Assembly (NCBI RefSeq): GCF_026571515.1
Contig: NW_026860787.1
Span: forward strand, 1-64,000
Reading direction: 5' to 3'
From: Ruditapes philippinarum
Lineage: Eukaryota
Length of the DNA stretch: 64,000 nucleotides
In this document: in pieces, positions 41,170 to 54,568 of the stretch
Layout of the letters: every line of letters starts with the position of its first letter
Position numbering within the stretch: position 1 is the stretch's first letter
The notes under the pieces: model-generated
What the model was told of the DNA's origin: nothing
What the model saw: only the letters and a program-made list of their open reading frames with translations
Databases searched by the model: none
Program-made: the position numbers and the translations under genes

Positions 41170-41543
41170 GGAGGATATTTAAGTTTTTTTCTATCAAACA
41201 GGATTTATATTCATCGAGTGGTATGAAAATAAATATTTTTTATGAGTGGCCATAGCCACGAGTGAAATATCATAATTTTCATACCACAAGATGAAAATAA
41301 ATCCTGTATTTATAGAAAAAACTTGAATTTTCTGTTTATTATATACATTACAATTTGAAAAACTTTCCATAAATTTTGTGTACTGGCAGAATTTAGAAGA
41401 AAGTAGTCCGGTAAGACACCAGTGAAAATACTGAAAATGTTTCACTGCAGTGAAAATAATTTTTTACAGTGAAAATATGGAAAATGAAAAAACACATTTT
41501 ATTTAATCAATATTTCTCAATATTTCATTTTCAAGTATATAAT
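41170..41543. mobile_element. Hairpin-containing MITE insertion specific to copy 2
   Basis: Copy 1 reads ccaagaaatgcttttatttg uninterrupted; here ~375 bp with an internal palindrome lies between aaat repeats. Confidence 0.7.
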
Positions 41544-42944
41544 AAATGCTTTTATTTGATCATTTAAAAGCTATTTACATGTATTTTTGTGTCCTGTTAT
41601 AGTTACGGTAACTAAAAGATACTTATTGGCCAATAAACGTTTGAAATTAGAACAGTTATAGTGTTAAAGAATTTTGTATGGAAGTCAAAATACTACCAAG
41701 TTTACATTTTGCTACTGCAATGGGACATGATTTCACATTTAGTGCTACTTTTTCAGGTGATTAGCATCTAAAATGCTCTAAAAACCATTTATTCATTTTT
41801 TAGATGTTATAAAACTCAGAATGATTCCGAGGAATAATGCGTCTTTGTCTTTAATGAGTAATTAATTATACATAATGTTTGGTCTATAGTACAAAAATAT
41901 TTGAAAAAGAATACCTTAACTTGCTGTGTTACACAGAATTAGAGATTTCCAGGTTAAATTTAAATGGAAATCCTGTAACGGTTTGTAATCAAATGACTAG
42001 AGCTACACTTAACTTCATGTTTAATGACTGTTTTAGAATTCTAGCCTGTTTATCTCTAAAAAAGCTTTGAGGTATCTATTTAAATTTTACAGTTGTTAAA
42101 TTTCTTCAAGAATTGTGAGTCATTTTTGCATCTTTAACTACAGTGAAGGAACAGGATGACATAAAAATCAATAAATTTTGTTGATTTGGCTTTTACATCT
42201 GTGTTACTGACCTTTTTTTCCTTACATTATGTCTACATTTTTAAGTTGTTCATACTGAACGGGAGGTATAGAACAATCCCAAAACAAACGTATTTTTTTA
42301 ATATTTAATAAAAACAGAAGTCCAATATGATTTTCAGCTACAAAAGGTGAAACATGATTAAACATGTAACAATGTACAAAACTTTCATTTACAAAATGAT
42401 TAACAGATGGTTATTGTTGATACATGATAACTTGTGGTAAATATATTATTTAGAACACAGTCATTTGTGGTTACAATTTTTGAAAGTTGTATATTGTTTA
42501 TAGTACAAATTATAGTTCAAGATATTTATTAATGGTCACATTCAACACAAACGTGCTCCTTTTTTTCTGAGATGCCAACTGATTCAACAATGGAAGGCTT
42601 GTAACAGTACAAGTAAAAAAACAGGAATTTCATTGAAATTACTACAAATTAGTAACTTTGTTTGGCAATCAATTTTCAAAAAAAAAGAAGAAATTTTAAG
42701 GAACAAAATGAAATATACAGATTTATAAGACAAATCATAGTAATTTGTCATTAAAATGTAAATGTCGTAATGTTTGTTTGATGTATATTATACACATTTG
42801 TTCACTATTATACACTGGAATGATACAAAATAAATATAAATTCTTGATGAAAACAGTGTCCATATAATATCAATTGTTAAGTGTTACACATGTAAGAAAA
42901 AATGTATAATTGTTTGCTGAAAGACTTCTGGTAGTTCCTGACAT

Positions 42945-45900
42945 CTAGGCAATTTTAAGGCCAGCCATTGACTTCTCAAGACTCTAAAATAATAAAATAC
43001 AGCAATGACTACTTGATTCAAAGGTGATACAAAGGAGGAAAATATATAATCTAAAATAGAAAGATATATAATCTAAAATAGAAAGACAATTACATAGTTT
43101 GAGTGTGTTTATTCAATTTCATTTATAGTCCATTTCCTTGTTTCAGGCAGTGTATGAATCCCATGATCAGTTTTAAAGCCATTTCTATCTTTTATAATAT
43201 CACAAGATGATTTTAATGTTAAAACAGATCAACTCTTTAATGAACACCCATGACATCTGGTTACACAAACTAATTTCTTTATTACAATAAGACAAATACA
43301 TAACATAATAAACATAAATACATAAGCACAAGAATTCCTTTTTCTACTTTTTTGCATAGGGTTTTATGTCACAACAACACAGAAGAGGCAACTTTCTACC
43401 TATACTGGTGGAGGAAGACCTTTAGTGCCCTCCAATGTATTATTTCTGGAACAAACTAGTACACCAACATTTCCGAAGCTAGCTTGATGGCTTCCTTACA
43501 TGAAAGAATCCTGGTTAAATTCAAACCCACAGCGTTGAAAGGCAAGTGATTTGAAGACACACCTCTTCTGCTACTCGGACATTTTGATATATACTTATAT
43601 ATAACATCTTTCTGTCAGTTTAGCAGAACATTTTAAAACTTCTGTACTAAGCCTATCAGCCTGGTAGGCTATTTTCAGGAATTGAGATTATAAATAATTA
43701 TCATAAATTACCTTCAGGTCCCAGATAATGAGTTGTCCATCAGCTCCAGATGTTGTTATCTTACTGGCATCACTTTTAGATCCAGCATGAATGGACACTT
43801 GCCTAATAAAACAATGAAATCAAACAAGGATAATTTACAAGGATGGAGATTGTCAAATAAAACAATGAAAATCAAACATGGACGATTTGCACGAATGGAC
43901 ACTTGCCAAATTAAACTATGAAAACAAAAAATAAGTGATTTACATAGATGTGCACTTGCATGATAAACCAATGAAAATAAAACATGGACAACTTAGATGA
44001 TTTTATTCATATTTTTCTGTCTTAATTTCAGGTTTTACATATTCTAGCTCTCAATATGTTTACAAAATTTCATCATTAATCAACAAGTCTGTCTTGAAGC
44101 ATTCCAAAGTGAGATTGCTAACTTTGCTACTGTTTATGGTAGAATAGTTTTAAATGTTATTAGATTGCCATGCAAATTTTGCTACTGTTTATGGTAGAAT
44201 AATGTTATTAGATTGCCAACTTTGCTACTGTTTATGGTAGAATAAGGTTATTAATGTTATTAGATTGCCAACTTTACTACTGTTTATGGTAGAATAAGGT
44301 TATTAATGTTATTTGATTGCCAACTTTGCAACTGTTTATGGTAGAATAATGTTATTAATGTTATTAGATTGCCTTGCCAATTTTGCTTCTGTTTATGGTA
44401 GAATATGTTTATTAATGTTATTAGATTGCCAATTTTGCTACTGTTTATGGAAGAATAATGTTATTAATGTTATTAGATTGCCAACTTTGCTACTGTTTAT
44501 GGTAGAATAAGGTTATTAATGTTATTAGATTGCCAACTTTGCTACTGTTTATGGTAGAATAAGGTTATTAATGTTATTAGATTGCCAACTTTGCTACTGT
44601 TTATGGTAGAATAAGGTTATTAATGTTATTAGATTGCCAATTTTGCTACTGTTTATGGTAGAATAAGGTTTTTAATGTTATTAGATAGCCAACTTTGCTA
44701 CTGTTTATGGTAGAATAAGGTTATTAATGTTATTAGATTGCCAACTTTGCTACTGTTTATTGTTGAATAATGGTATTAATGTTATTAGATTGCCAACATT
44801 GCTACTGTTTATTGTTGAATAATGTTATTATTGTTATTAGATTTCCAACTTCTCTACAGTTTGTAGTAGAATCAGGTTATTGAACTTTCAAAGTATGAAA
44901 ATAGAGCAACCAACAGTGCAGACTAAGATCACATCATGTAGATGTGCATGTAGGCGTGTTTTAACACATGTAGGCGTGGTTTAAAATAATTTGCAAGTAT
45001 ATCATTATCACTGGAAGCAATATTTTACAGTAATGTCAAATATCTTACGTGATGGTATTCTGATGTAGAGTCTTTAGTGCTGTGTCAGTTGCTTGACCAG
45101 ATGCTCCCTTCTTGTCCAAACTCTTAAAACGACTCATGGCACTACAAATTAACAAACATTCATATTACTTGTATAAAAAGCAACATTACATGACTTCTCT
45201 TCATTTTTCAATTTTTATGAAATATTCACTGCCTATTTAAAACTTATTTATCATTTACTGTATAGTGGATATTTCAGCATGTTGAAAAATTAGCAGATGT
45301 AAAATTTCACACATTACATTAATGACAGGATGGTTGATTTTTACGCTGGAGGATATTTAAGCGATTTTCGTGAATTGGCATCGCTAACTTAACCACTTAT
45401 ACAGTATCTATAGAGTGAAAAGCAGTCTTTAGAAATTTACTATAATTTAAATGGAAAATGAAATGAGTGACATTATCTATGATTTCATATAGTTTAAACA
45501 TAAATGCAATATCTATAGAGAAAATAAGGTAAATATTGCTACATATATTTGAGTTATTTTGGCTTACGTGACTTTAGTTTCCCCGCCAGCACTTGGGACA
45601 TCAAGGTCATGTACAAACTTAATATCTCCAGATTGATGGGTGAATAATTTGGGACAGCAGTCATATCCCTGATAACAGTAACAGATACCATAATATAACA
45701 CTTTATACAACTTCAATATATTATAGTGAATAAACTATATACATAATTAACTAATTATTTCAACCTCCTCTTAATGCTAACTTAAATCTCCTTAACATAA
45801 AGTAATTAAGAACTTTATTATTCAGTTTTGGCTTAAAATGAAATTTCATATTCATTCATTTAATTTCACATCAAAGGCAACTTTATAATACACAAAAAAT

Positions 45901-48900
45901 TCCTTAACTGATAAAAAATGTTTGTTTTTTTCTCCACTTTAAAATGCATAAATGATAAAATCATTTATGAGTAAATCATTTTCTCATTATACACAAAAAT
46001 AACTTACAACAACAACAATACTGTTCTCAGTGACCCATGTGATCTCATCAAAGGGTAGAAATGAGCCCTTGATCAAAGACAACCTGAAGACCAAATTGTT
46101 TTATTAAAATGAAATTGGTGAAAAGAATAATCATTTTAATATAAGTTCCAGTATAATTTCTTTAATAGAAACAATGCCATTTTTTTTTGCCTTTAACTGA
46201 GTTATATATACACATGACTTAAAGTTATGCCTCTGCCAGGATCTTACCATACTTAGTATTTCTTACCTTTCTAGCTAACAATCAAAACTTGGGTTGACTG
46301 GACATGAATTTTATAATTTACTTAATTTTTACAGATTTCTTTTACTACCAAGTTAAAAGTGTAAAATAGAATATTATACATACTGTTGTCCATTGGCAGC
46401 ATCTACTATCCCAATGCTGGAATCATGCCCCACCCAGGCAAGTTTCTCCCCTGATGCCGAGAATGATACCGAGTGAACCCAGCCACCTTAATATATCAAC
46501 ATTACATAATTATGTTAATATTTCAATGAAATGTATCAACTATATTTATGTTTGTTGGCATCTATATAATACTTTTAAAATTTGTACTAACAAAATTTTT
46601 AATTGTATATTGTGAAAAATTCAGTTTTTGTTTAAATGTCTCTGCTTTTTGTTTTTGACTTTAAATGAAACATTATGGCTTGAAACTCGAAACACAACCA
46701 TCCAAAAATTAAATTTTCCGCCTCGTTTTAAATTTATCCAAAATAGCAAGACACATCAAATTGTAATAATAAAAAAAATACCACTTTTAAAAAGTCTTTT
46801 TCATAATTCATTAATCAATATACAAATTAATATGCAAATAAAATGACCCTATTCACTTGTTTCTAGTTATAATTTGCGTACATGTATTGTTATTATTACC
46901 TCACTTGTTTCTAGTTATAATTTGTATACATGTATTGTTATTATTACCTCACTTGTATCTAGTTATAATTTGTATACATGTATTGCTATTATTACCTCAC
47001 TTGTTTCTAGTTATAATTTGAATACATGTATTGTTATTATTACCTCACATGTTTCTAGTTATAATTTGTATACATGTATTGTTATTATGACCTCACTTGT
47101 TTCTAGTAATAATTTGCATACATGTATTGTTATTATTACCTCACATGTTTCTAGTTATAATTTGCATACATGTATTGTTATTATTACCTCACTTGTTTCT
47201 AGTTATAATTTGTATACATGTATTGTTATTATTACCTCACTTGTTTCTAGTTATAATTTGTATACATGTATTGTTATTATTACCTCACTTGTTTCTAGTT
47301 ATAATTTGTATACATGTATTGTTATTATTACCTCACTTGTTTCTAGTTATAATTTGCATACATGTATTGTTATTATTACCTCCAGTAGTGGAGAACTCAG
47401 CCATGAGGTTACCAAAGGTCATCTTATTTCCCCAGTTAGTAGAAGATGGTTTAGGCTCTACTTCTTTAACATATCCGGAGAAAACTCTGTTAAAAGTGGA
47501 GAAAATATATCATTACCATAAAGTGATATTCTAGCTAAGAGCTAGCTGGTTTGATTGTATTGTTCTAGAGACACATTAATTGCCATTATTTAATCATGAC
47601 AATCTAATCAATTGCTTAGACACATACACATACTCCACATACTACTACTGTAGTTACTCTATTTTTGAAACAGCACACTTTCTGCAATTATGTTATATTT
47701 ACTCAATGATGAAATATGGTAGCCAGGAATTAAATAACACAAGATATATGTTTATTTTGTGACCATTGCTTGTTAGTATACAAAACAGAATGCTATGCCT
47801 TCTCAAACCAAGTAAACTGTTATTACACAACCTTTAAAAATATTGTACTTAAAGTTGATGAAAACAAATGAGCTGTGTCACAACAAAACCAACATAGTGC
47901 GTTTGCGACCAGCATGGATCCAGACCAGCCTGCACATCCACGCAGTCTGATCAGGATCCATGCTGTTCGCTATCAGTTTCTCTACTTGTTATAGGGTTTG
48001 TAAGCGAACAGCATGGATCCTGATCAGACTGCCCGGATGCGCAGGCTGGTCTGGATCCATGCTGGTCGCAAACGCACTATGTTGGATTTGTCATGACGCA
48101 GCTCAAATAATTGTTACAATGCAATGAAGTATACGGAATAAAATGTTAAAACGAATTTGCAGCATGTAAAAATAAACAATGTTGACAACAAGAGGGCCAT
48201 GATGGCCCTGAGATCGCTCACCTGTATATAGGCCAGGGCCAATTTAACCCAAGGGCTTTTATTTGCACAAACTTGGTAGACACCCATAAGAAGATGTTTC
48301 ATGCTAAACATCTATGCTCTAGCTCATTGGGCTTTTTAAAAGAAGATTTTTTTAAAGTTTTTACTATACACATATAGTTAAAAACAATGACACCCCTGGG
48401 GCTGGACCAGTTTTGACCCCAGGGCTTTTATTTGAACAAACTTTGTAGACACTTACTAGAAGATGTTTCATGCTTAATATCTAAACTCTAGCTATTTGGG
48501 TTTTTTCAAAGAAGATTTTAAGTTTTTGCTATACACATATAAAGAAAATCAATGACCCCCGGGGCGGGGCCAATTTTGACCCCAGGTCTTTTATTTGAAC
48601 AAACTTTGTAGACACTCACTAAAAGATGTTTCATGCTTAATATCTTAACTCTAGCTATTTGGGTTTTTTCAAAGAAGATTTTTTAAGTTTTTGCTATACA
48701 CATATAAGGAAAATCAATGACCCCCGGGGCGGTGCCAATTTTGACCCCAGGGCTTTTATTTGAACAAACTTGGTAGACACCTATTAGAACATGTTTCATG
48801 CTAAATATCTTAGCTCTAACTCTTTTGGTTCTTTAAAAGAAGATTTTTTAAGTTTTTACTATATGCATATAGGGAAAATCAATGACCCCCTGGGGCGGGG

Positions 48901-51900
48901 CCAATTTTGACCCCAGGGCTTTTATTTGAACAAACTTGGTAGACACCTATTAGAACATGTTTGATGCTCAATATCTTAGCCATAGCTCTTTGAGTTCTTT
49001 AAAAGAAGATTTTTTAAGTTTTTACTATATGCATAAAGGGAAAATCAATGACCCCCCGGGGCGGGGCCAATTTTGACCCCAGGGCTTTTATTTGAACAAA
49101 CTTGGTAGACACTTATTAGAACATGTTTCATGCTAAATATCTTAGCTCTAACTCTTTTGGTTCTTTAAAAGAAGATTTTTTAAGTTTTTACTATATGCAT
49201 ATAGGGAAAATCAATGACCCCCTGGGGCGGGGCCAATTTTGACCCCAGGGCTTTTATTTGAACAAACTTGGTAGACACCTATTAGAACATGTTTGATGCT
49301 CAATATCTTAGCCATAGCTCTTTGAGTTCTTTAAAAGAAGATTTTTTAAGTTTTTACTATATGCATATAGGGAAAATCAATGACCCCCCAGGGCAGGGCC
49401 AATTTTGACCCCAGGGCTTTTATTTGAACAAACTTGGTAGACACTCACTAGAAGATGTTACATGCCAAATATCTAAGCTCTAGCTCTTATGGTTTTTTAA
49501 AAGAAGATATTTAAAGTTTTTTCTTTCGGTTGCCATGGCAACCAGAGTTCTACATGGAATTAAATTCTTTGAACAATTTTTAAAGGTGACCACCAAAGGA
49601 ACATTCCTGTGAAGTTTGGATGAAATTGGCTTAGTGGTTTATGAGGAGATGTCATTTAAAGTAAAAGTTTACGGACGGACGGACGACGGACCAAAAGCGA
49701 TCACAAAAGCTCACCCTGTCACTTTGTGACAGGTGAGCTAATAAAAATACTTGTCATCATAGATTATACAGATCATACAGAAAACATATTTTAAAAGTCT
49801 AGTATATTAAATAATGGTACCTGGCCTTGAAATCTGTGGAACCAGCAGCAAGAAGAATATTGTTTGGATGCCAATCAACACTGAAATATATAAACAGATA
49901 AATATAAGATAAATTATTCTAATGCAATAAATACATTACCAGGGTTCATCCACAAGCTTTACTATTACCAAGAGAAGCATGTTTTACATTCAAAACATCA
50001 CAATGAAACTAAATTCCCTAACTTAAAGGGTTATTTCATTGTCCAGGATCATCAGTAAAAGTAATCCTAAATTTTCACCACCATCGGCCATTTATTAATA
50101 TTTGTTGACATTTCTGTATACATTTTCCCTCTTTACCCAAGTTTCCGGCTGTCCTTGTTTTACCTGTTTGGTTGATATAATTATTGAAATTATAATTGAA
50201 GCTAGACATTTGGTACAATTTCACTAAGATGTTCTACATTGATGACAATATGACAGAGAACTGCTGGCCTCTAACAATGCATACAGTAGTCATTGAAGAT
50301 TGTTTAAGTATACAAGTGTTCAACTAACAAACCTCGTAATGGTTGATCTGATAGGCTTCTTTATATGTTTGCTGACCCACCAGTTGTTCTCCTGCTCAAA
50401 ATAACAGACTGAGATAACCCTAGCACCACTTCCTACTGCAAACTTGTTCTCTGCAAATTAACAGTATAGTGCCAAATCAAATCATTGATGAATGCTATTT
50501 ATAACCTGGTCTTAGTGGAAAGGGAAATAACATGTGGGAAAAATAAATCTAATAAGAAATTTTCTCTAATGAAAGGAAGATCAATATTGTATATGAAAAC
50601 AAACACAAACAGTGTTTTAACTATATCAAAATTGATTAGAGTCGCAAAACTTGGTTTACTCAGCTTGCTGGTAATGTTTCATATACATTTATATAAATGA
50701 GCCGCGCCATGACAAAACCAACGTAATGCGTTTGCGCCCAGCATGGATCCAGACCAGCCTGCGCATCCGCGCAGTCTGATCAGGATCCATGCTGTTCGCT
50801 GTCAGTTTCTCCACTTGTGATAGAGATGGTAAGCGAACAGCATGGATCCTGATCAGACTGCGCCGATGTGCAGGCTGGTCTGGATCCATGCTGGTCGCAA
50901 ACCCACTATGTTGGTTTTGTCGTGACGCGGCTCAAATAATATCTATCCAGTGAACATCTGATATGGTGTCTGAGATGTTTAAGTACAATGTAAATGTAAA
51001 TTTTAGGTCAGTTAAGGACAGGGACATTATTCTGTTGAAATGCAATAAAGTTTTGGCATGGTCAACATAATGATATACCTTTACACCAATTTCTGTTTCA
51101 AATTGATACCTTTCCTGGTTTCAGAGACATTCAAATAAACATAGACCTCTAAAATGGGGTAATACTACATCTTTGTAAACAAAGTAATGAAAAGTTATGA
51201 AATTTGACCTACTAAGCAATCTTGCGACCCTTCATATACATGTCAAGTTAACCCTTAAAAAGCTGGAACCGAAAGCATTAAGCTTTTGCCACCAGTATAG
51301 AGCCAGGCCAGTCTGCACATCCGTGCAGTCTGACCAGGCTCTATACTGTTGGCTGAAAAACTTAAAATATTCAAATTGATATCCCTAAAATTGATAATGA
51401 ACAGTCCAAAAATGGAAGTGGGCCAAGCCCATTTAAAATATTCACCATGTTAAGGGTTAATATCTGATATGCTTAAAAAGATATCGAAGAAAAACAATCT
51501 GAAAGGGAAAGAGATGAAGGGATTCCTTTATGCCCCGCCTCCCACCCACTCCACCCAAATAAGAATATAAATGATTTTTACAGCGAGCTAAAATTTTAAT
51601 TTTTGAATGTACTCACGATACTTTGCCCATCCTTTTTATATTTGTAAAAGGTCAAAGATATTTTGAATGCTGATATGCCAATAAATCTGAAACACTTAAC
51701 ATTTGAACCAAGTTCAAATTGGTGTAACAATGATCATTACCTTCAGGTGACCAGCGGACGCAAGTAGCTGCCCTGTTGATTCTCAAAATGACAAGATTAG
51801 GTTTCCATTCATCCCCTTCCTGTGTCCACACATATGCATTTCTGTCCTGATTTAACAAATCATAAAACATTAATATTATCTGTATTACTTAAATTCAATT

Positions 51901-53451
51901 ATCTGAAAACCAGCTGGATTTTTGTAACTTCCTCACATAAAATAGCTATCCGTTTAAAACAAGAGCTGTTGGTAGGACAAAGTGCTGAACTATTCTCAGA
52001 GCTTGATACTAAAACAAAAGCATGAATAATTTAGAATTTACTAAGTTAAAAAGGGCCATAGTCCTGTCAAAATCAATGCTAAGAGTTTTGGGCCTTTGAC
52101 AGAGACCTCATATTATGCTCTCAAGTAAGAGTGTATTTCCTTCAGTAGTAATGGAGATACCAACTTGCACACAAGAATTAACCATGGGTGAGTACTATAG
52201 CTCATCCTATTCCTTGAAAAGTGAATTGAAAATTGTAAACATTTCTCTACAAAATATGAGTGAAACACTGATTTGAGCCATGTTTGAAAAAAATCCTTCA
52301 AAGAGTACTTGATTTATAAAGCAGACATAAAATTTCGGTGACTTTTGACCTTTAAGTTTAACCGTAAGCCAGTACATGGGTTTAGTACATCAATTTGTTG
52401 AGACTGACAATTTGACATTTGAGCCAAGTTAAAAGGGTAAATGATTTAAACAGCAGAAATTTGACCTTCAAGAGTGACCTTGACCTTCAGCCGTCACAGT
52501 GACAATTTGGGATCTGAACATTGCCTTGTTGACCCAAGTCTGAAGAAAATCCATCAGCAGGTATAGGATTTATAGATGATTCTAGTCTGACATTTGGCTT
52601 TCAAGATTGACTTTGACCTTGACCAGGTACATGGGAAGCATAGGTTCTGCAGGTTGCCTTGTTGAGGTGGACATGTGATAACGGCAGCCTGAGTTTTGCA
52701 TAAACCTATTATTAAAGTTAACATTTGAGCCAGGTTTGAAAAAAAATTCTTCAAGGGTTATAGGATTTATAAAGCAGACATGATAGATATTAATATGTTT
52801 ATATAATACATACTGCGCCACAAGTGACAAGTCTATTAGACTTAGCTGCCCAGTCAATACTAGTCACTCTCTGACCATGCTCAGTCAACTCACTCTTCTG
52901 TACCCATTTATTGGCCTGTTTCTTATATACCATCACATCATTGTTGTTGTGTGACATTGCCAAACCTGTAAACATGTTTTACTACCTAACATATCCTACA
53001 TATACATAATACTATATCAGATTTGTTTTAAAAACAAAGATAATTGTAATACTTTTTTTGTTTTTATGACAGTAATGTACATGTAAGTTATTTCAAATGG
53101 TATCTTTGCTTTTACTAGAAAGATAACTATCATGTTTACTTTTAGAATGCAGCAGAAGTCCAAATTTGTCCCTGCCACCAGTATCACAGCAGGCTGTATT
53201 GCTCTATTAATCTGATATTTACATTCATTTAACCTTAAATGGTCAGTTCAAAGTTGAAGCAGGGCAACACTTCATAAAGTAAGATGGTTAAAATGTTTTT
53301 TTTAAACATCTACAAGCAACAATCTGGAGGTGTAAATTAAACTGTTGACAATAGATGGTACTAGATAGTCTGTATAATGTTTACCTGTCCTATCTCCACT
53401 GAAGGCATGGCATGTAATTGGATCTACACCAAAACTATGTTTCTCAGTCAT
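42945..53451 (-). CDS. ARPC1A: Actin-related protein 2/3 complex subunit 1 (p41-Arc, WD40), 370 aa
   Basis: 12 GT/AG coding exons: 53385-53451, 52814-52965, 51741-51846, 50333-50450, 49821-49880, 47380-47486, 46384-46486, 46008-46083, 45568-45668, 45049-45141, 43712-43802, 42945-42983 = 1113 nt. [72 protein letters not shown]. Equally orthologous to ARPC1B. Confidence 0.96.
43791..44000. repeat. ~4 x 52-53-bp degenerate tandem repeat overlapping the ARPC1 exon 11 acceptor
   Basis: Units start ~43791, 43842, 43895, 43948 (atggacacttgc...aaacaatgaaa). Confidence 0.7.
44113..44885. repeat. 52-bp minisatellite, ~14 copies, ARPC1 intron
   Basis: Unit gattgccaactttgctactgtttatggtagaataaggttattaatgttatta. 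Confidence 0.95.
46853..47381. repeat. 48-bp minisatellite, ~11 copies, starting at the ARPC1 exon 6 donor
   Basis: Unit tacatgtattgttattattacctcacttgtttctagttataatttgta. Confidence 0.95.
47870..48104. mobile_element. 235-bp Sola-like MITE (TSD AAAT)
   Basis: Same family as 13767; aaat on both flanks. Confidence 0.85.
48187..49742 (-). mobile_element. HINE/DINE-like element with ~8 x 166-bp tandem repeats
   Basis: aacaagagggccatgatggccct hairpin end, gctcacc/ggtgagc inverted motifs, (GGAC)n microsatellite; tcaatgacccc at 48549, 48714, 48879, 49045, 49211, 49377. Confidence 0.85.
50699..50933. mobile_element. 235-bp Sola-like MITE (TSD AAAT)
   Basis: Same family as 13767; aaat on both flanks. 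Confidence 0.85.
51252..51456. mobile_element. piggyBac-type MITE (TTAA TSD)
   Basis: ttaa|cccttaa...ttaaggg|ttaa; related degenerate copies at ~10026-10220 and ~60620-60790. Confidence 0.7.
51957..52790 (-). mobile_element. Degenerate HINE-like remnant
   Basis: aaacaagagctgt end and repeated tgaccttgacc motifs; boundaries approximate. Confidence 0.5.
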
Positions 53452-54169
53452 ATCTTTTTCTTATCACCTGAAAATATGTATAACATTACAGTCAATACAT
53501 TCAGTCAGTACAAACAGGCCCCTACAAAATCAAAAATTATTTTTACTAACAGGAAGTTTTATTAACCATAATTCCTAATGCTATTTTTCTTAAAGTAATA
53601 TTAACTTTAAAACAGAAATATCTTTTCCATTTTGTCTATAAAAAATATGACTGAATATATGTATATCTTGCTGGGTTTAGAAATGGAAATTAGGTACCAG
53701 TACACTTTTGAAAATACAAGGAACATTTTTTGTAAATCAATGCCTTTTTATGCTTTTAAGATAGTGGAGGGGGATTGTGACATATATCTTTTGGATGAGA
53801 CTTTTAATCAAGGTCCCTTCAGGAATTGGAGCATATTTCAGTCTATCTGTATCTTGCATGTTCCTTCCAAAATATAAAATGACTTATACGGGAAAGTCAA
53901 AGACTTTGATTGCTGTTTATACCGACTTTGACATGTATGTATATTTAGCCTAATTAATTCGGCTTGAACGGTTTTACACACTTTACAAAAAAAATTTCAT
54001 ACTGTCAAACCATTGAAAAATGACATTGCCCCGGACGTCCAAAATTACATATACATATATGAAAACATAAAAAATTAATTAATAAATGGTAATAAATCAT
54101 TCAAATGAAAAAACATTAATTCAAATGTAGATCATGTCAAATACATTTCCTTAATGTCACTCTGAAAAC

Positions 54170-54312
54170 TTTAAGGTGGTGGGGTTTTGTCAACTCTATA
54201 AAACTGGAGGTGTGGGGTTTTGTCCACTCTGTAAAATTTAGGTGTGGGGTTTTGTCCACTCTATAAAGTTTTGAGGTGTGGGGTTTTGACTGGTGGGGTT
54301 TTGTCCTACATT
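54170..54312. repeat. Short ~32-bp tandem repeat (ggtgtggggttttgtcc...), probable DNA-element end
   Basis: 5 copies of tggggttttg. Confidence 0.6.
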
Positions 54313-54568
54313 CGGTAATAGGACATATTTCACACAAGTAATAGGCGGAAAGTCCGAGCGGGGCCAAAGGCCCCGCGAGGGCTGTAGCGCTCTTAGATAA
54401 CATGCATGTACAAGAAATCCTTAGTTAACTGGGCGCCGCCATTTTGAAATCCTTTTGAGCTAAATATTGATATCACAGCGCTTTTAATGAGCGTCTACAT
54501 AATTCTGACTATTGCTAGCAGACGCATGCTCAAAAACACTTCCAGTGAAAGAATGATTTACAAAATCC

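Larger units (their letters stand above)
24149..41813. repeat. Segmental duplication unit, copy 2 (~17.7 kb, expanded by insertions)
   Basis: Colinear with copy 1 plus insertions at 27130, 27540, 30237, 37429, 39730, 41170. Confidence 0.9.

Noticed and set aside
46874-47534. 215-aa and 145-aa repetitive ORFs on +
   Set aside because: Read-through of the 48-bp minisatellite, antisense to ARPC1 exon 6.
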